Origin: a phage
DNA: 64,000 nt
Sequence record: OZ346219.1
Direction: 5' to 3' (one strand)
In this document: positions 21,673 to 31,919 of the stretch, in pieces
Position numbering within the stretch: position 1 is the first letter of the stretch
Layout: the number at the start of each line of letters is the position of its first letter
The notes under the pieces: generated by a model
Databases searched by the model: none
What the model was told of the DNA's origin: nothing
Seen by the model: only the letters and a program-made list of their open reading frames with translations
Translations under genes and position numbers: made by a program

Positions 21673-22759
21673 TGTCTCAATAAAACTTTATCAGGATTAT
21701 GAGGCATTTCTAAATCATCGCTTTATAGAATTGGGTGCTACCTTTGTTACAATGACTCTGCGTGATTCGATTCGTGGAGTGAACGAAGGATTGTTGCAAT
21801 TCTATGATAATAAGGCGATGCATACAAAATTAAACGGGAGAGAGATCATTCAGATTTCGCTATCCACTGCTAATACAGATGAAGTGTTTAACCGAATCTA
21901 TGGGATCTCTCATAGTAATGTAACAATTGACCAAAAATCTGACAACATTTTAACATTCCAGTTAAAGAGCTATCACGAAACATTAAACCTTAAATTTTCT
22001 CGCTCATTGACAAATAACGCGGTTAATAACGTAACTAGCATGATTGATGCCATCTATAAGGAAGTTCCTTTATGGAAACCTACTATAAAGGGTGATAACG
22101 TTGTTATTCCTCGTTGTCCGTGGGTTAGTACCATAAATGACTATATGGATTTTGTGAGGGCATACGGGCAAAGCGTAGAAACCGAGTCTTTCGTGTATTG
22201 CTGGGAAGATTTTGATGGTATAACGATCGCTGGACACGATACAATATTAAAAAATGAGCCAATACCAGCTATAATCTGTGAGCCTAGACTCATGGGGCAG
22301 TTTATTGATATGTCGCCTAATCTGATGGTTTTTAATTTCGAGTGGCAGACTAAGAGCAATGCTAAAGTTAAAAATTCATTTAGCAATGTGACATACACAA
22401 CTATTGATTTTGTTACTAAGCAGTATAATAAAATTATTGTTGGTAATGGGGATAATATTGCACACTTTGCTCATGGTGGCGCTTATGGCGATTTAACTTA
22501 TAAGAATGCGTTTTTGGAAGGTTCTAAACTTGCCACAATAGAACAATATGATTCATATGCTACCGCCGTGTGTCACGGTAATTTTTCGTTGCGCCCCGGT
22601 ATGGTTATTCGATTCTTTGATGAGAAACAACAAGCACGCAATGATTTTATTGTTGACGAAGTGGTGCATGAAATTAGCCGAGAGCAATCATTAACTCACC
22701 TGTATATGATCGGTAACAGCGAAGAATTACAGGAAGTCAAATTTGAAGGTAAGATATAA
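21650..22759 (+). CDS. 27: baseplate hub protein gp27
   Basis: 369 aa; MQRTGFPNVSIKL, RFIELGAT, EGLLQFYD, EIIQIS match T4 gp27. Confidence 0.9.
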   Translation: MQRTGFPNVSIKLYQDYEAFLNHRFIELGATFVTMTLRDSIRGVNEGLLQFYDNKAMHTKLNGREIIQISLSTANTDEVFNRIYGISHSNVTIDQKSDNILTFQLKSYHETLNLKFSRSLTNNAVNNVTSMIDAIYKEVPLWKPTIKGDNVVIPRCPWVSTINDYMDFVRAYGQSVETESFVYCWEDFDGITIAGHDTILKNEPIPAIICEPRLMGQFIDMSPNLMVFNFEWQTKSNAKVKNSFSNVTYTTIDFVTKQYNKIIVGNGDNIAHFAHGGAYGDLTYKNAFLEGSKLATIEQYDSYATAVCHGNFSLRPGMVIRFFDEKQQARNDFIVDEVVHEISREQSLTHLYMIGNSEELQEVKFEGKI

Positions 22760-23277
22760 TGACAGAAACTAAACCTATGTTAAAATTTGTTGTTCCTGTA
22801 AAAAAAATAGAAATAAACGGGAAACATATCAAGATCCCAAAAATGGGGATTAAGCAACATCGATTATTAAAAGATGTTCGTAGCTGTGATGAAACATTAA
22901 AGATTCTTCTTGATTCAATCTGTCCTGGGTTAAACGCTGCCGAGTCTGAATTGGTTATGCTTAACCTTTGTGCGTTTAATGGTAAGTGTCTGGAAGAAAA
23001 AGATGGTCTTAAGCTGTCTGATGTGTATATTTGTACAGAGACTGAATTTACTTTAAATGGTAAAGTCTTTAAATTTAAAAATCCAATGTATACTTCTGAC
23101 CCCATTATCGATGACGCTGATTTCTTGAGTCATCATTATCACGATCCTAGCGTAGACTTCCATGATTTCCCGGCTTTTATTATGGATTGGGCTACAGGAT
23201 TAAGAAAAACTATTGCACTGGATACACCGGAAGGTACTATCTATGGTGGAATTAACATATTGGATCGCCTATCATGA
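22759..23277 (+). CDS. 28: baseplate hub distal subunit gp28
   Basis: 172 aa; synteny. Confidence 0.75.
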   Translation: MTETKPMLKFVVPVKKIEINGKHIKIPKMGIKQHRLLKDVRSCDETLKILLDSICPGLNAAESELVMLNLCAFNGKCLEEKDGLKLSDVYICTETEFTLNGKVFKFKNPMYTSDPIIDDADFLSHHYHDPSVDFHDFPAFIMDWATGLRKTIALDTPEGTIYGGINILDRLS

Positions 23278-25007
23278 ATGACGCATTAACATCATTTCGC
23301 GGGATGCGCAAGGAAGCGGAAGAAAACCCGATTGATAAAATTAACAAATTAGATAAACTTGATTCTATTGATAATTTGCAAGCCGCTACCGAATTGGTGG
23401 CGGAGACAGTAGAACAAAAATCTAATGAAGTTGTTGGTGCGGTAGAGGATAACACCGCAGCCAATGAATTGACGGCAGAAAATACACAATCTACCGCTGG
23501 CAATACCCAAAAAACTTATGAAGAATTGCAAAAACTCAATAATTTCTCTTCTCAGATGAATGAGAAATTACGTGGTTTTGGTGTTATGATGGAACGTAGA
23601 TTTGGTGTTGTCAGTAAAATGGCTAGCGGTATTGGTGCGATTGAAGAAGCACTGAAAAAACCGGAACAACCGCAAACAATGCCATCACCTCAGCCAGTTT
23701 TGCCTACTGTACCGGAACAGCCTAATAATGACAACTATCAAGGTCTTCCAAAGAAAAAACCAGATGTTGATGACCGAAAGAAAAAGAACGCCACAGATAA
23801 GCGTAATGCCGATTCTATGGAAAATCTTCTTAAAGTTGTTCGTGGAGGATTTAAAGAAACCATAGGTATCTCTAATAAGGTCTTAGGGATGTTATTTAAG
23901 ATCACTTTGACCGCTATGGCAGAAGCCGCAAAATGGGGTGCTATTTTGATGGGTATTGTTTTTGTCATTGATACCCTGATGGTTCATTTCAGATATTGGA
24001 GCGATTTATTCGAGACAAAATTCAGTGAATTTATGGATAAGGCCGGAGATTGGGCTGGTCCTATTAGCGATATTTTAACTACTGTTCGTCAGGTTAGAGA
24101 TTATTGGTCTAAAGGAGAATATAAAGAATTAATTAAATCGCTGGTTATGGGTATTGGTGATGCATTCTATAAAACCTTTATCCAACTTGATCGAATTATC
24201 ACTACTGGTATTGCTAAAATTCTTCGCATGATCCCTGGTATGGGTGATTATGCCGATAATTTAGAATACGGTGCTTTAAAGTCTGCTGTTGCTAAAGGCT
24301 ATAAGCCAAATGACAGAGAACTCGAATTAATGGATAAGATCGAGTCTGAACACGAAGAAGACAAATATGGAGAGCGCACAGGATGGACAGGAAAAGCCCG
24401 TGATATTGGCGAAGCTATTGGGGATTCTATTAAGGATAAAGTTAACGAGGGTCTTGTTAGTCTGGGCTGGAGAGATCAAAAGGATGTTGACGCAGAGAAA
24501 CGACAAGAAGAATTAAAACGCGGGGAATACAAGTCTGTTTCTGCTGAACAACGATCTGCTAGTCGTAAACTTAAAATTAGAAGCGAGGGAGCGATCAATA
24601 ATATTAATGAAGTTATGGAGAATTTGAGCGGTGACTATGACAAAGAAAGAATGGAAGAGTTGAAAAAGGATATTGATGTTTACCGTGAGCAAGTTCAAGA
24701 TCCTACATTAGTTGAAAGTGATCGTTCTCAGTTAGAGCGTCTTATTGAAAAATTTGATGAGATGTATGCTGATAAAACTAAGGGTGTGGTTCCAACTAAT
24801 CCTGTTCCTGCAACTGAAACGGAAACAGCAAAACAAGCGGAACGTACTGAACAAATGCAGAAACAAGCTGCAATCCAGCAACAAACGACAAATCAGACCT
24901 CAAACGTAAATAATACACAAATTGTAACAAACAATAGAACTATTAAACAGGGTGCACCAACAACTAGAATTGATGCCCCCGGTACAATTAATATGGGGAA
25001 CTTTTAA
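23274..25007 (+). CDS. 29: baseplate hub / tail length determination protein gp29
   Basis: 577 aa; synteny; coiled-coil and Q/N-rich C-terminus. Confidence 0.8.
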   Translation: MNDALTSFRGMRKEAEENPIDKINKLDKLDSIDNLQAATELVAETVEQKSNEVVGAVEDNTAANELTAENTQSTAGNTQKTYEELQKLNNFSSQMNEKLRGFGVMMERRFGVVSKMASGIGAIEEALKKPEQPQTMPSPQPVLPTVPEQPNNDNYQGLPKKKPDVDDRKKKNATDKRNADSMENLLKVVRGGFKETIGISNKVLGMLFKITLTAMAEAAKWGAILMGIVFVIDTLMVHFRYWSDLFETKFSEFMDKAGDWAGPISDILTTVRQVRDYWSKGEYKELIKSLVMGIGDAFYKTFIQLDRIITTGIAKILRMIPGMGDYADNLEYGALKSAVAKGYKPNDRELELMDKIESEHEEDKYGERTGWTGKARDIGEAIGDSIKDKVNEGLVSLGWRDQKDVDAEKRQEELKRGEYKSVSAEQRSASRKLKIRSEGAINNINEVMENLSGDYDKERMEELKKDIDVYREQVQDPTLVESDRSQLERLIEKFDEMYADKTKGVVPTNPVPATETETAKQAERTEQMQKQAAIQQQTTNQTSNVNNTQIVTNNRTIKQGAPTTRIDAPGTINMGNF

Positions 25008-26065
25008 TGAAAATTAGTGTTATCAATGATGCCGTTGATAGCTTTAAAGCGGGGGTTAAAACCTCCGCTGGTTTTACCTCAAAAAATAAAGGGAAAACAT
25101 TAACCGCTCAATTCCCCGCTGAACGTGCTAGCGGTAATGATGCTAGCGGTTATTATATCAACGACTTATATAATAATGGTCTGTTATTCACTGCATACGA
25201 TTACACATCTCGTACTACTGGATCGTTGCGTGATTTCAGGAAAAAGAAAAATGTTGCTAGTGGTTTTGGTGGTAGCGTTAATATCGCTGGTTTTGATTTA
25301 AATTTGGGTGGGAGAAATGCTGCATTTGACCGAGAGGCAATTGCTAATATTCTTCTTCCTCGTAGTCAATCTGACGTTGACGCTGCTAGCCATAAGTTTA
25401 ATGATGTTGGTGAATCTGTTATTTCTCGCGGTGGTGGTACTTTAGGCGGTGCTCTTTCTAATATGGCATCTACTGCCGTTTTTGGTGGTATCGAAAGTAT
25501 TACTGGTGGATACCTTGCCGATCACGGTGAACAGATTTATAATACTGCGCGAAGCATGTATGCTGGTGCTGACGCACGAACTAAAAACTACGTATGGCAT
25601 CTAACCCCACGTAGTATTGAAGACCTTCGCAATATTCTGATCATATACGAAACGTTTTTAGAATTGTCTTATGGTTCTAGTGGTATTTCCAGCACCGCAA
25701 AAGAATTAAAAGCGGAAGTTGATGCGTGGTATAAAAATACACTATTGAGAAAATCCACCCCAGAGGAAGCGAAGAGAAATGATACTCTGTTTGAAGGGAT
25801 CACCGATTTTCTATCAAACGCAATTACTGTATCTAACCCGACAATATGGATGATCTCTAACTTTGGTAAGCGTACATCGTTTGAAGGGCGTAGCGATGCA
25901 TTTGGTCCCGCTCAGATCTCAAGTGTACGTCTGGACAAGTCGCCTGATGGTAAGTTTAATGGCCTTGCTATTTCTCCTAACTTGCCTAGTACATTTGTTC
26001 TGGAAGTATCATTTAGAGAGATCTTGACACTTTCCCGTGGTACTATATTTGGGAGTGCGGTATAA
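25007..26065 (+). CDS. 48: baseplate tail-tube junction protein gp48
   Basis: 352 aa; synteny 29/48/54. Confidence 0.8.
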   Translation: MKISVINDAVDSFKAGVKTSAGFTSKNKGKTLTAQFPAERASGNDASGYYINDLYNNGLLFTAYDYTSRTTGSLRDFRKKKNVASGFGGSVNIAGFDLNLGGRNAAFDREAIANILLPRSQSDVDAASHKFNDVGESVISRGGGTLGGALSNMASTAVFGGIESITGGYLADHGEQIYNTARSMYAGADARTKNYVWHLTPRSIEDLRNILIIYETFLELSYGSSGISSTAKELKAEVDAWYKNTLLRKSTPEEAKRNDTLFEGITDFLSNAITVSNPTIWMISNFGKRTSFEGRSDAFGPAQISSVRLDKSPDGKFNGLAISPNLPSTFVLEVSFREILTLSRGTIFGSAV

Positions 26066-26997
26066 TGTTTGATTTAAATGACTTTAACGAACAAGCCGCT
26101 AACCTTGACTTTCAGCGATCGAACTTATTCAGCGTGGCATTTGCCACCACTCCAAGTAATAAGACACAAGCGATCCTAGAAAGTATGGGAGGTGCGGTAT
26201 ATGATATTATACCAAATGCATTAAACGACTATTTCGGGATTACTCGTGGTGATTATACTGACGCATTAACAAATCTTGCTGTACAGGGTGTTAGGCGTGC
26301 TGTTGATTCATCTGGTGTCAAAAAGTATCTTTTAGGTGCAATGTCATCCCGCGTAGTTCAATCTCTTCTGGGGCAATTTGATGTTGGTACGTATGCGCTT
26401 GACTGGTTCAATATGGCATATAAGACAAGCGGTCTTCTGGTGTATGCTGTTAAGGTTCCAGAAAATAGATTGAATTATGAAATTGACCGTAACCACAATG
26501 CACCAAACATTCGAATTACCGGACGTGATTTTGATCCGCTTGTATTGAGCTTTAGAATGGACTCTAGCGCATCAAACTATAGAGCAATGCAGGATTGGGT
26601 TAACTCAGTAGAAGACCCCGTTACAGGGCTTCGTGCTCTTCCTGTTGACGTTGAAGCAGATATTCAGGTTAACTTACATAACCGAATGGGAGTTCCTCAC
26701 ACGATCATGATGTTTAATGGTTGTGTTCCTGTTGGTGTGAGTGCACCGGAATTAACCTATGAAAACAACAACGAAATTACAACATTCGATGTTACTTTCG
26801 CATATCGTTCTATGCAAACTGGTGCTGTCGGAGAGCAAGCCGCGCGAGAATGGATTGAGGATAAGGCAATAAACGCAATAACAAACACTTTCGGCAATAA
26901 TTTACTTGATAGTGGGTTATCTGCTGCTGGTAATGCTTTATCGCGTCTAAATGGCGTTGGTGGGCGTGTGGTGAATACTGTCACTAACTGGTTCTGA
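26065..26997 (+). CDS. 54: baseplate tail-tube initiator gp54
   Basis: 310 aa; synteny; tube-protein-like C-terminus. Confidence 0.8.
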   Translation: MFDLNDFNEQAANLDFQRSNLFSVAFATTPSNKTQAILESMGGAVYDIIPNALNDYFGITRGDYTDALTNLAVQGVRRAVDSSGVKKYLLGAMSSRVVQSLLGQFDVGTYALDWFNMAYKTSGLLVYAVKVPENRLNYEIDRNHNAPNIRITGRDFDPLVLSFRMDSSASNYRAMQDWVNSVEDPVTGLRALPVDVEADIQVNLHNRMGVPHTIMMFNGCVPVGVSAPELTYENNNEITTFDVTFAYRSMQTGAVGEQAAREWIEDKAINAITNTFGNNLLDSGLSAAGNALSRLNGVGGRVVNTVTNWF

Positions 26998-27006
26998 TAA
27001 GCGAAA

Positions 27007-27035
27007 GGCGGGGATTATCCCCCGCCTTTTTATTT
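27007..27035. terminator. bidirectional rho-independent terminator between convergent gene 54 and leftward operon
   Basis: ggcgggg attatc ccccgcc followed by TTTTTATTTT. Confidence 0.8.
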
Positions 27036-27515
27036 TGCTAAATCATTGCAATATTTTAGTGCCTTAGTTTGAAACTCTGCGCTGTTAAGTTCTTCATAAC
27101 GGTCATAATCACCGTTTAATGCTGCCTTTCTTGCTTCTTGCTCTATCTGCATGTCAGACATGATAATACAGCGATCCCGTGCTTTCATCTTCTCAAGTTG
27201 TATAGACTCTTCTTTCTGCTTGCGCAATTCTTCTTGACGCTTCTTTTCTTCTTGTGCTTTCTCTTCCCGCGCTTCTTTGATTGCATCCTTGAACATCTGC
27301 GTTTGTGGTGCTAAACCAACTTTAACCCGATCTACGTCTCGACGTTCCATTTTAGAAATAAAGCATGATTCGATCTGTTTATCACTTGCATATGATGCTT
27401 TACATTCACGAAGCAAGAAAACCGGATCTGATTTAGCATTCATCATAGCTTCCATGTTGGTACAACCAGTAAGCATGAATGCAGCCGCAAGACCAATCAG
27501 TTTAATCATTTTCAT
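27030..27515 (-). CDS. putative lipoprotein
   Basis: 161 aa; signal peptide with lipobox LTGC; charged coiled-coil region. Confidence 0.6.
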   Translation of the reverse strand: MKMIKLIGLAAAFMLTGCTNMEAMMNAKSDPVFLLRECKASYASDKQIESCFISKMERRDVDRVKVGLAPQTQMFKDAIKEAREEKAQEEKKRQEELRKQKEESIQLEKMKARDRCIIMSDMQIEQEARKAALNGDYDRYEELNSAEFQTKALKYCNDLAK

Positions 27516-28336
27516 TTAGTCACCTCACCGAAAATTGTAAATTGTCTACGATTCTCATCGCCGAAAGATTCTACTACGTCGTTTACCTTTACGCAAGTCC
27601 CGCGCGGTAAAATTACTTCACATTCGCAAGGATTCCATGCAATTGACCCAACAACAAAACCTTTATGATCTTTTACTTCAATTACCCATGATACATTACA
27701 AGAATGTTGCATCTTTCCGGTCATTGATTCATATCGATTCTCACAATAAAGGCTAGTGCTGTTTGATAGCCATCCTCCAAAGATGATTGGTGTCATGCTG
27801 GTTGACACAAAGTTTTTAAAGGTAAATTCCTTATCTTCAATAATACGCTCTATTGTCTGAATGTCAAGATGTTGACCGCGATAAAGAGTACAGTTTAACT
27901 TTTCGGTTTTATCCATGACACAATCCATCAAATCAACAATCTCTGATATCTCATTGGTCATGTCTTCTTCCCCTAAGAGAGCACCATTTACCCATTCGTA
28001 TTGTTCAGACACATAATCACAGATTGCATTATATTCTGCTGGGGTTATGTTGTTATGTTTGTAATGTTTGAATACATTATCTCCAAAGTCTTCGGAGTGT
28101 ACTTCATACATCACATTAATGATTTTCTTGACAAATCCATAATCTTGTGTCTCTCGCTCAAGGAAGCGGATAACCTTCACATAATCATCAAAGTTAATCT
28201 GATCGCTGATCATCTCAGTGATCATGTAGCCATTAATCCCCTCAATGTCATATGTTTCGATGTAATTATCCATACGTTCCATCATTGATTCGCGTGATTC
28301 TTCTGAAAGACGAAAATCCTGTAATTGTTTGAACAT
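27512..28336 (-). CDS. ADP-ribosyltransferase, short Alt/Mod-like paralog
   Basis: 274 aa; R-S-ExE motifs (LYRGQ, VSTSMTP, ECEVILPRG) shared with adjacent alt. Confidence 0.75.
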   Translation of the reverse strand: MFKQLQDFRLSEESRESMMERMDNYIETYDIEGINGYMITEMISDQINFDDYVKVIRFLERETQDYGFVKKIINVMYEVHSEDFGDNVFKHYKHNNITPAEYNAICDYVSEQYEWVNGALLGEEDMTNEISEIVDLMDCVMDKTEKLNCTLYRGQHLDIQTIERIIEDKEFTFKNFVSTSMTPIIFGGWLSNSTSLYCENRYESMTGKMQHSCNVSWVIEVKDHKGFVVGSIAWNPCECEVILPRGTCVKVNDVVESFGDENRRQFTIFGEVTK

Positions 28337-28414
28337 TTTAAACCTCCCATATAACAGAAAACGGGGCTAGTATAAAACTAGTCCCCGTTTGAGTCAACCA
28401 TTATTTCTTAAAAA

Positions 28415-30466
28415 TTACATTTTAAATTTATCCGGCATTGCGTCTACAGATACCAGATCAGCGATAAGCTGACGTAGAGTTGCCTTATCTGCTTTCTTAC
28501 GTTCGGTTTTAGCTTCGCTAATGAAGCTGGAGAAAGACAGGTCAGAAGCAGGTTTAACAACACCTTCACGGATGAATGCATCACCGTCCGCGATCATCTC
28601 GCCAGATTCTTGTAATGCTGCCAGTTCATTTTTGTTCATAATATGTGCCTCAATGTAATAAGTTTCTTGTGAATCCGTCGATGCAGTAGCACGAGTTACC
28701 GTATCAAAGGATAACACAACACCGCGAGGAAGTAAAATCTCGCATTCTTTGTAAGCAAATGCTTTGTTACCTACTGGCAAGACAGGGATGTTTTCCGCGC
28801 CAGCAATGGAGAAAGCAACATTAGCGCCACCTTCACCGCGAGAGCCAGCCATAGAATCAACACCAGCAACGGCACTAGCCACGTTTGCATTCCAGCCGCC
28901 AAAAATGTTAGGTGCAAGGGAAGTGCTCACATAGTTTTTAAAGTAAAACGCTTTTTGCTTACGTGCAGTTTCCCACATTTGCGACCGGAAGTCCATACCA
29001 CGATACAGAATAGTACCAGGATCAAGTTTAACGCCATAGTTAGAGAAGGCATTATCCAGTGCATCGCACATCTTGACCAGTTCTTCTGGATCTGCGATTC
29101 CTTCAAACTCTTCCAGCTTACGGTCGGTTAGGAAGTTGTTCATGTTGATGTATGCTGCATCGGCATATTCGCTCAACACAAAACCTTCCGCGCCCGGCAG
29201 ATCAAGATCAATATCTGCCATCATTTCACCCATGTTGCTAGCAATTGCTTCAAACATACCGGAAGCAACATTACGTAGGGCATCGGTTTTAATCTGGGTG
29301 ATATGACTACGCAGCATTTCAGCTTTTACATCTGCTGGCATAGACTGGTCTACTCGATCCATTGCCAGAGCGGTGATCTTGTTTTCGAATACTTCCTCGC
29401 TCATGATTTCTTTTAAGCGTTTGATTGATGCTGCGATAACTTCCGCAGACAACGGATCATATTGATCCTGAACTTTTACCAGTTCGCTTACTGCGTATTT
29501 TGCATCGGCTTCGCTTTCAAAAATAGTACGCATGAAACCATAGCGAGTGATAATATCACTTGTCCAGTCATTCAGAGAACGAGCGGTTGAACGTTCTAAT
29601 GCTTGACGATCAATCAGAGTATTAAACTGTTTCTTAGGTTCGGCTTCGGTGATATCTTCTTCTGGTTTAAGATTAATTTTTTCTGGATGATTCACGTAGT
29701 CGCTGTTATATGTCGCTTGAGTTTTCAGCATTTCTTCTTTAGTCAAACGAGATTTAGCCGCTACGCGTTGTTCTGCTTCCGCGTTTCGTTCTTCTTCTGA
29801 CACAAGACTAGCCGCATATGCCTCATCTTTAGTCAGAGATTCACCCGTAGCCTTAGATACCCAGCGATCACCTAAATCACTTTCTACTTTAGTGAACAAG
29901 GATTCATCAAGTTTAATACCTTTAATCTTATCAATCGCCATCCCGCGACGCTTGACAACAACTAAAGCGATCTTTTTGCTGGTCATTACTTCCTGCTGGA
30001 ATACTTCAAACTTCGGTGTACGACGCACCAAACGCTCTATAACGCGCTTAACCAGTTCGGTCTTACCTTTCATGCGGGATACGTTAAAACGGAACATAAC
30101 AGCGTCTAATTGCGCTTTACGGGCTGTTTCCATAACCACATCAAAAGCACTTGCCATAACTGCAATCGGGTTATCGCCTAGACCATTTTTAAGCTGTACA
30201 ATACGACCGCTTTTGTTCATTTCGCACAGTACAACATGTGCGGTCTTGTCACCCATACGAATGATTTTAGGTGTTTTGTTGGTGAAGTTACAAAGACGGA
30301 CAATCACATCTTTATCGCGTGTCTGTACTGCAAAAAGCTGTTTAGGATTCTGCTTAGGCTTTAAGCACTGTACCGGAGCAATACTACCAAAGTTTTCTTC
30401 CTCTTCCGTCAACAGCCATTTCTCGAAAGATTCAATCATTAGATCGTCGATTTCTAAGTTAAACAT
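28415..30466 (-). CDS. alt: Alt ADP-ribosyltransferase (head-packaged)
   Basis: 683 aa; LFTKVES.LGD, ILYRGMD, FYFKNYVSTSLAPNIFGGW, ECEILLPRG as in T4 Alt. Confidence 0.88.
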   Translation of the reverse strand: MFNLEIDDLMIESFEKWLLTEEEENFGSIAPVQCLKPKQNPKQLFAVQTRDKDVIVRLCNFTNKTPKIIRMGDKTAHVVLCEMNKSGRIVQLKNGLGDNPIAVMASAFDVVMETARKAQLDAVMFRFNVSRMKGKTELVKRVIERLVRRTPKFEVFQQEVMTSKKIALVVVKRRGMAIDKIKGIKLDESLFTKVESDLGDRWVSKATGESLTKDEAYAASLVSEEERNAEAEQRVAAKSRLTKEEMLKTQATYNSDYVNHPEKINLKPEEDITEAEPKKQFNTLIDRQALERSTARSLNDWTSDIITRYGFMRTIFESEADAKYAVSELVKVQDQYDPLSAEVIAASIKRLKEIMSEEVFENKITALAMDRVDQSMPADVKAEMLRSHITQIKTDALRNVASGMFEAIASNMGEMMADIDLDLPGAEGFVLSEYADAAYINMNNFLTDRKLEEFEGIADPEELVKMCDALDNAFSNYGVKLDPGTILYRGMDFRSQMWETARKQKAFYFKNYVSTSLAPNIFGGWNANVASAVAGVDSMAGSRGEGGANVAFSIAGAENIPVLPVGNKAFAYKECEILLPRGVVLSFDTVTRATASTDSQETYYIEAHIMNKNELAALQESGEMIADGDAFIREGVVKPASDLSFSSFISEAKTERKKADKATLRQLIADLVSVDAMPDKFKM

Positions 30467-30505
30467 TTTATATCCTCTAGTTGATAACCTATAAACCTAT
30501 ATTTA

Positions 30506-30528
30506 TGAAAAAGGGGCTTAACGCCCCC
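30506..30528 (-). terminator. rho-independent terminator (leftward)
   Basis: A-run + ggggc ttaac gcccc on + strand. Confidence 0.55.
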
Positions 30529-30533
30529 ATTTA

Positions 30534-30746
30534 TTATAATGCACCATCGAGCAATTGCTCTAAGGTGTATCCTGAATAGTCTTTTTCAATCAGGATATAT
30601 TTTCCTACTCGTTTAATACAACCGCGCATTTCAACGTATTCTGCGTAGTTGATGGTACGAGTTGTTCCATCTTCCAGTAATGCAGTACCGATTTCGTTAA
30701 TGCGGTCATAAGTTACGTCGGTAATGATGATTTCGATGTTAGCCAT
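30534..30746 (-). CDS. hypothetical protein (70 aa)
   Basis: ORF with promoter cassette upstream. Confidence 0.5.
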   Translation of the reverse strand: MANIEIIITDVTYDRINEIGTALLEDGTTRTINYAEYVEMRGCIKRVGKYILIEKDYSGYTLEQLLDGAL

Positions 30747-30782
30747 TTGATACTCCTTAGTAGTTCGTTTCGGTATGGGTGT

Positions 30783-30811
30783 ATTATGATATACACCATC
30801 TGTTATGTCAA
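30783..30811 (-). promoter_or_regulatory. sigma70-like early promoter cassette with stem-loop (PeSL-like)
   Basis: on - strand TTGACA-N17-CATAAT; 37 nt upstream of ORF start. Confidence 0.6.
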
Positions 30812-30817
30812 CAACTT

Positions 30818-30997
30818 TTAGAACATTTTTGAAATTAATTCTGCTTTGATTTCGCAGAGAACATCTAAAGATTTCTCGTCACCCGCTTTTGCTGCTTCTG
30901 CTTGCATTTTTGAAATGGCTTCAATGTCAGTGCAATTATAAGCCGCTTGAACTTTAGCGATTGCGATGATTGCCGATTCGATGGTTAAGTGTTTCAT
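30818..30997 (-). CDS. small hypothetical protein (59 aa)
   Basis: RBS ggaga in conserved leader; below track size cut-off. Confidence 0.4.
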   Translation of the reverse strand: MKHLTIESAIIAIAKVQAAYNCTDIEAISKMQAEAAKAGDEKSLDVLCEIKAELISKMF

Positions 30998-31029
30998 GTT
31001 TGATTCTCCTTTCGTTTCGGTATGTGTGC

Positions 31030-31059
31030 ATTATGGGGGATCACCGATCCCCCTGTCAA
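31030..31059 (-). promoter_or_regulatory. sigma70-like early promoter cassette with stem-loop (PeSL-like)
   Basis: TTGACA-N18-CATAAT on - strand; stem-loop gggggatcaccgatccccc. Confidence 0.6.
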
Positions 31060-31066
31060 CAATTTT

Positions 31067-31585
31067 TTAGTTATTTTTTAATTGCTCATCTTGCAATAGG
31101 GCAATCACATGCTGGCGATGTTCTTCCGATTGAGGCACACCGAAAAAGTTTGTTTTGTAGAAATACTCTAATCGGTCTTCTCGTGTGCTCTCTTCCATCA
31201 TGATCGCGGGTAGTCCGAGATTTCGGAAACGTCGCTTTTCTGCTGGCGTAAAATCACTGTAATACAACATAGAATCATCATTACCAGCAATGCTAAACTC
31301 ATCCTTCATAAAGGAGAATATTGCGTTTAAACGCTGTTTACCGTCCACGATTTCGATCTCATAGCGAGAGCCATCATCAATCTTAGCCATTGCGATAGCA
31401 CCAACCGGAAAATCATTAATAAGGTTTTCGATAAACATACGTTTGTTTTCGGTGTCCCATACTAAAGGACGCTGATAATCTGGGTTCATGCTGATATAGC
31501 CATCTTCTAACCATGCATCATAAACAGAGATGACAAAGTTTTTAGTATTGGTATAGTAACGGCGTTTAGGCGTTAAACGGTTCAT
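31067..31585 (-). CDS. DUF262 / ParB-like domain protein (stand-alone)
   Basis: start at MNRLTPKRR (RBS aggaga); motifs DYQRPLVW and IVDGKQRLNAI typical of DUF262/ParB N-terminal domain. Confidence 0.6.
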   Translation of the reverse strand: MNRLTPKRRYYTNTKNFVISVYDAWLEDGYISMNPDYQRPLVWDTENKRMFIENLINDFPVGAIAMAKIDDGSRYEIEIVDGKQRLNAIFSFMKDEFSIAGNDDSMLYYSDFTPAEKRRFRNLGLPAIMMEESTREDRLEYFYKTNFFGVPQSEEHRQHVIALLQDEQLKNN

Positions 31586-31586
31586 G

Positions 31587-31919
31587 TTATAGTCTCCTGA
31601 ATGGATCATCACGTAAATCAATATCTTTTAAGAACTCATCCCATGAATGCCGGATATTGTTCTTAATTCTCCAGATAAGCGCAGGGATTGAACGCTCTCC
31701 CATCTGGAAGTAGGGATCATATGATCCGTATGCCCAATATGCTACTACAATTCCACAATCAGCGCAATAGTATTCTATTTCACTGGCTGGCGACCAAAGT
31801 CCATCAATATGATCGGTGATCTTGCTTTCGATGTTATGGCTATGACAATCAGGGCAACGGATGCAATGACCTTGTTTATCGTAATTTGACGTTAGCGAAT
31901 ACTTAAACAATCTCATCAT
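31587..31919 (-). CDS. zinc-finger protein (CxxC...CxxC)
   Basis: 110 aa; CIRCPDCHSH ... CADCG. Confidence 0.5.
   Translation of the reverse strand: MMRLFKYSLTSNYDKQGHCIRCPDCHSHNIESKITDHIDGLWSPASEIEYYCADCGIVVAYWAYGSYDPYFQMGERSIPALIWRIKNNIRHSWDEFLKDIDLRDDPFRRL

Noticed and set aside
29892-30494. 200-aa + strand ORF
   Set aside because: Lies wholly inside alt on the opposite strand.
30497-30504. Possible late promoter (CATAAATA on the minus strand) upstream of alt
   Set aside because: One mismatch from the TATAAATA consensus at the first position; too uncertain to list as a feature.
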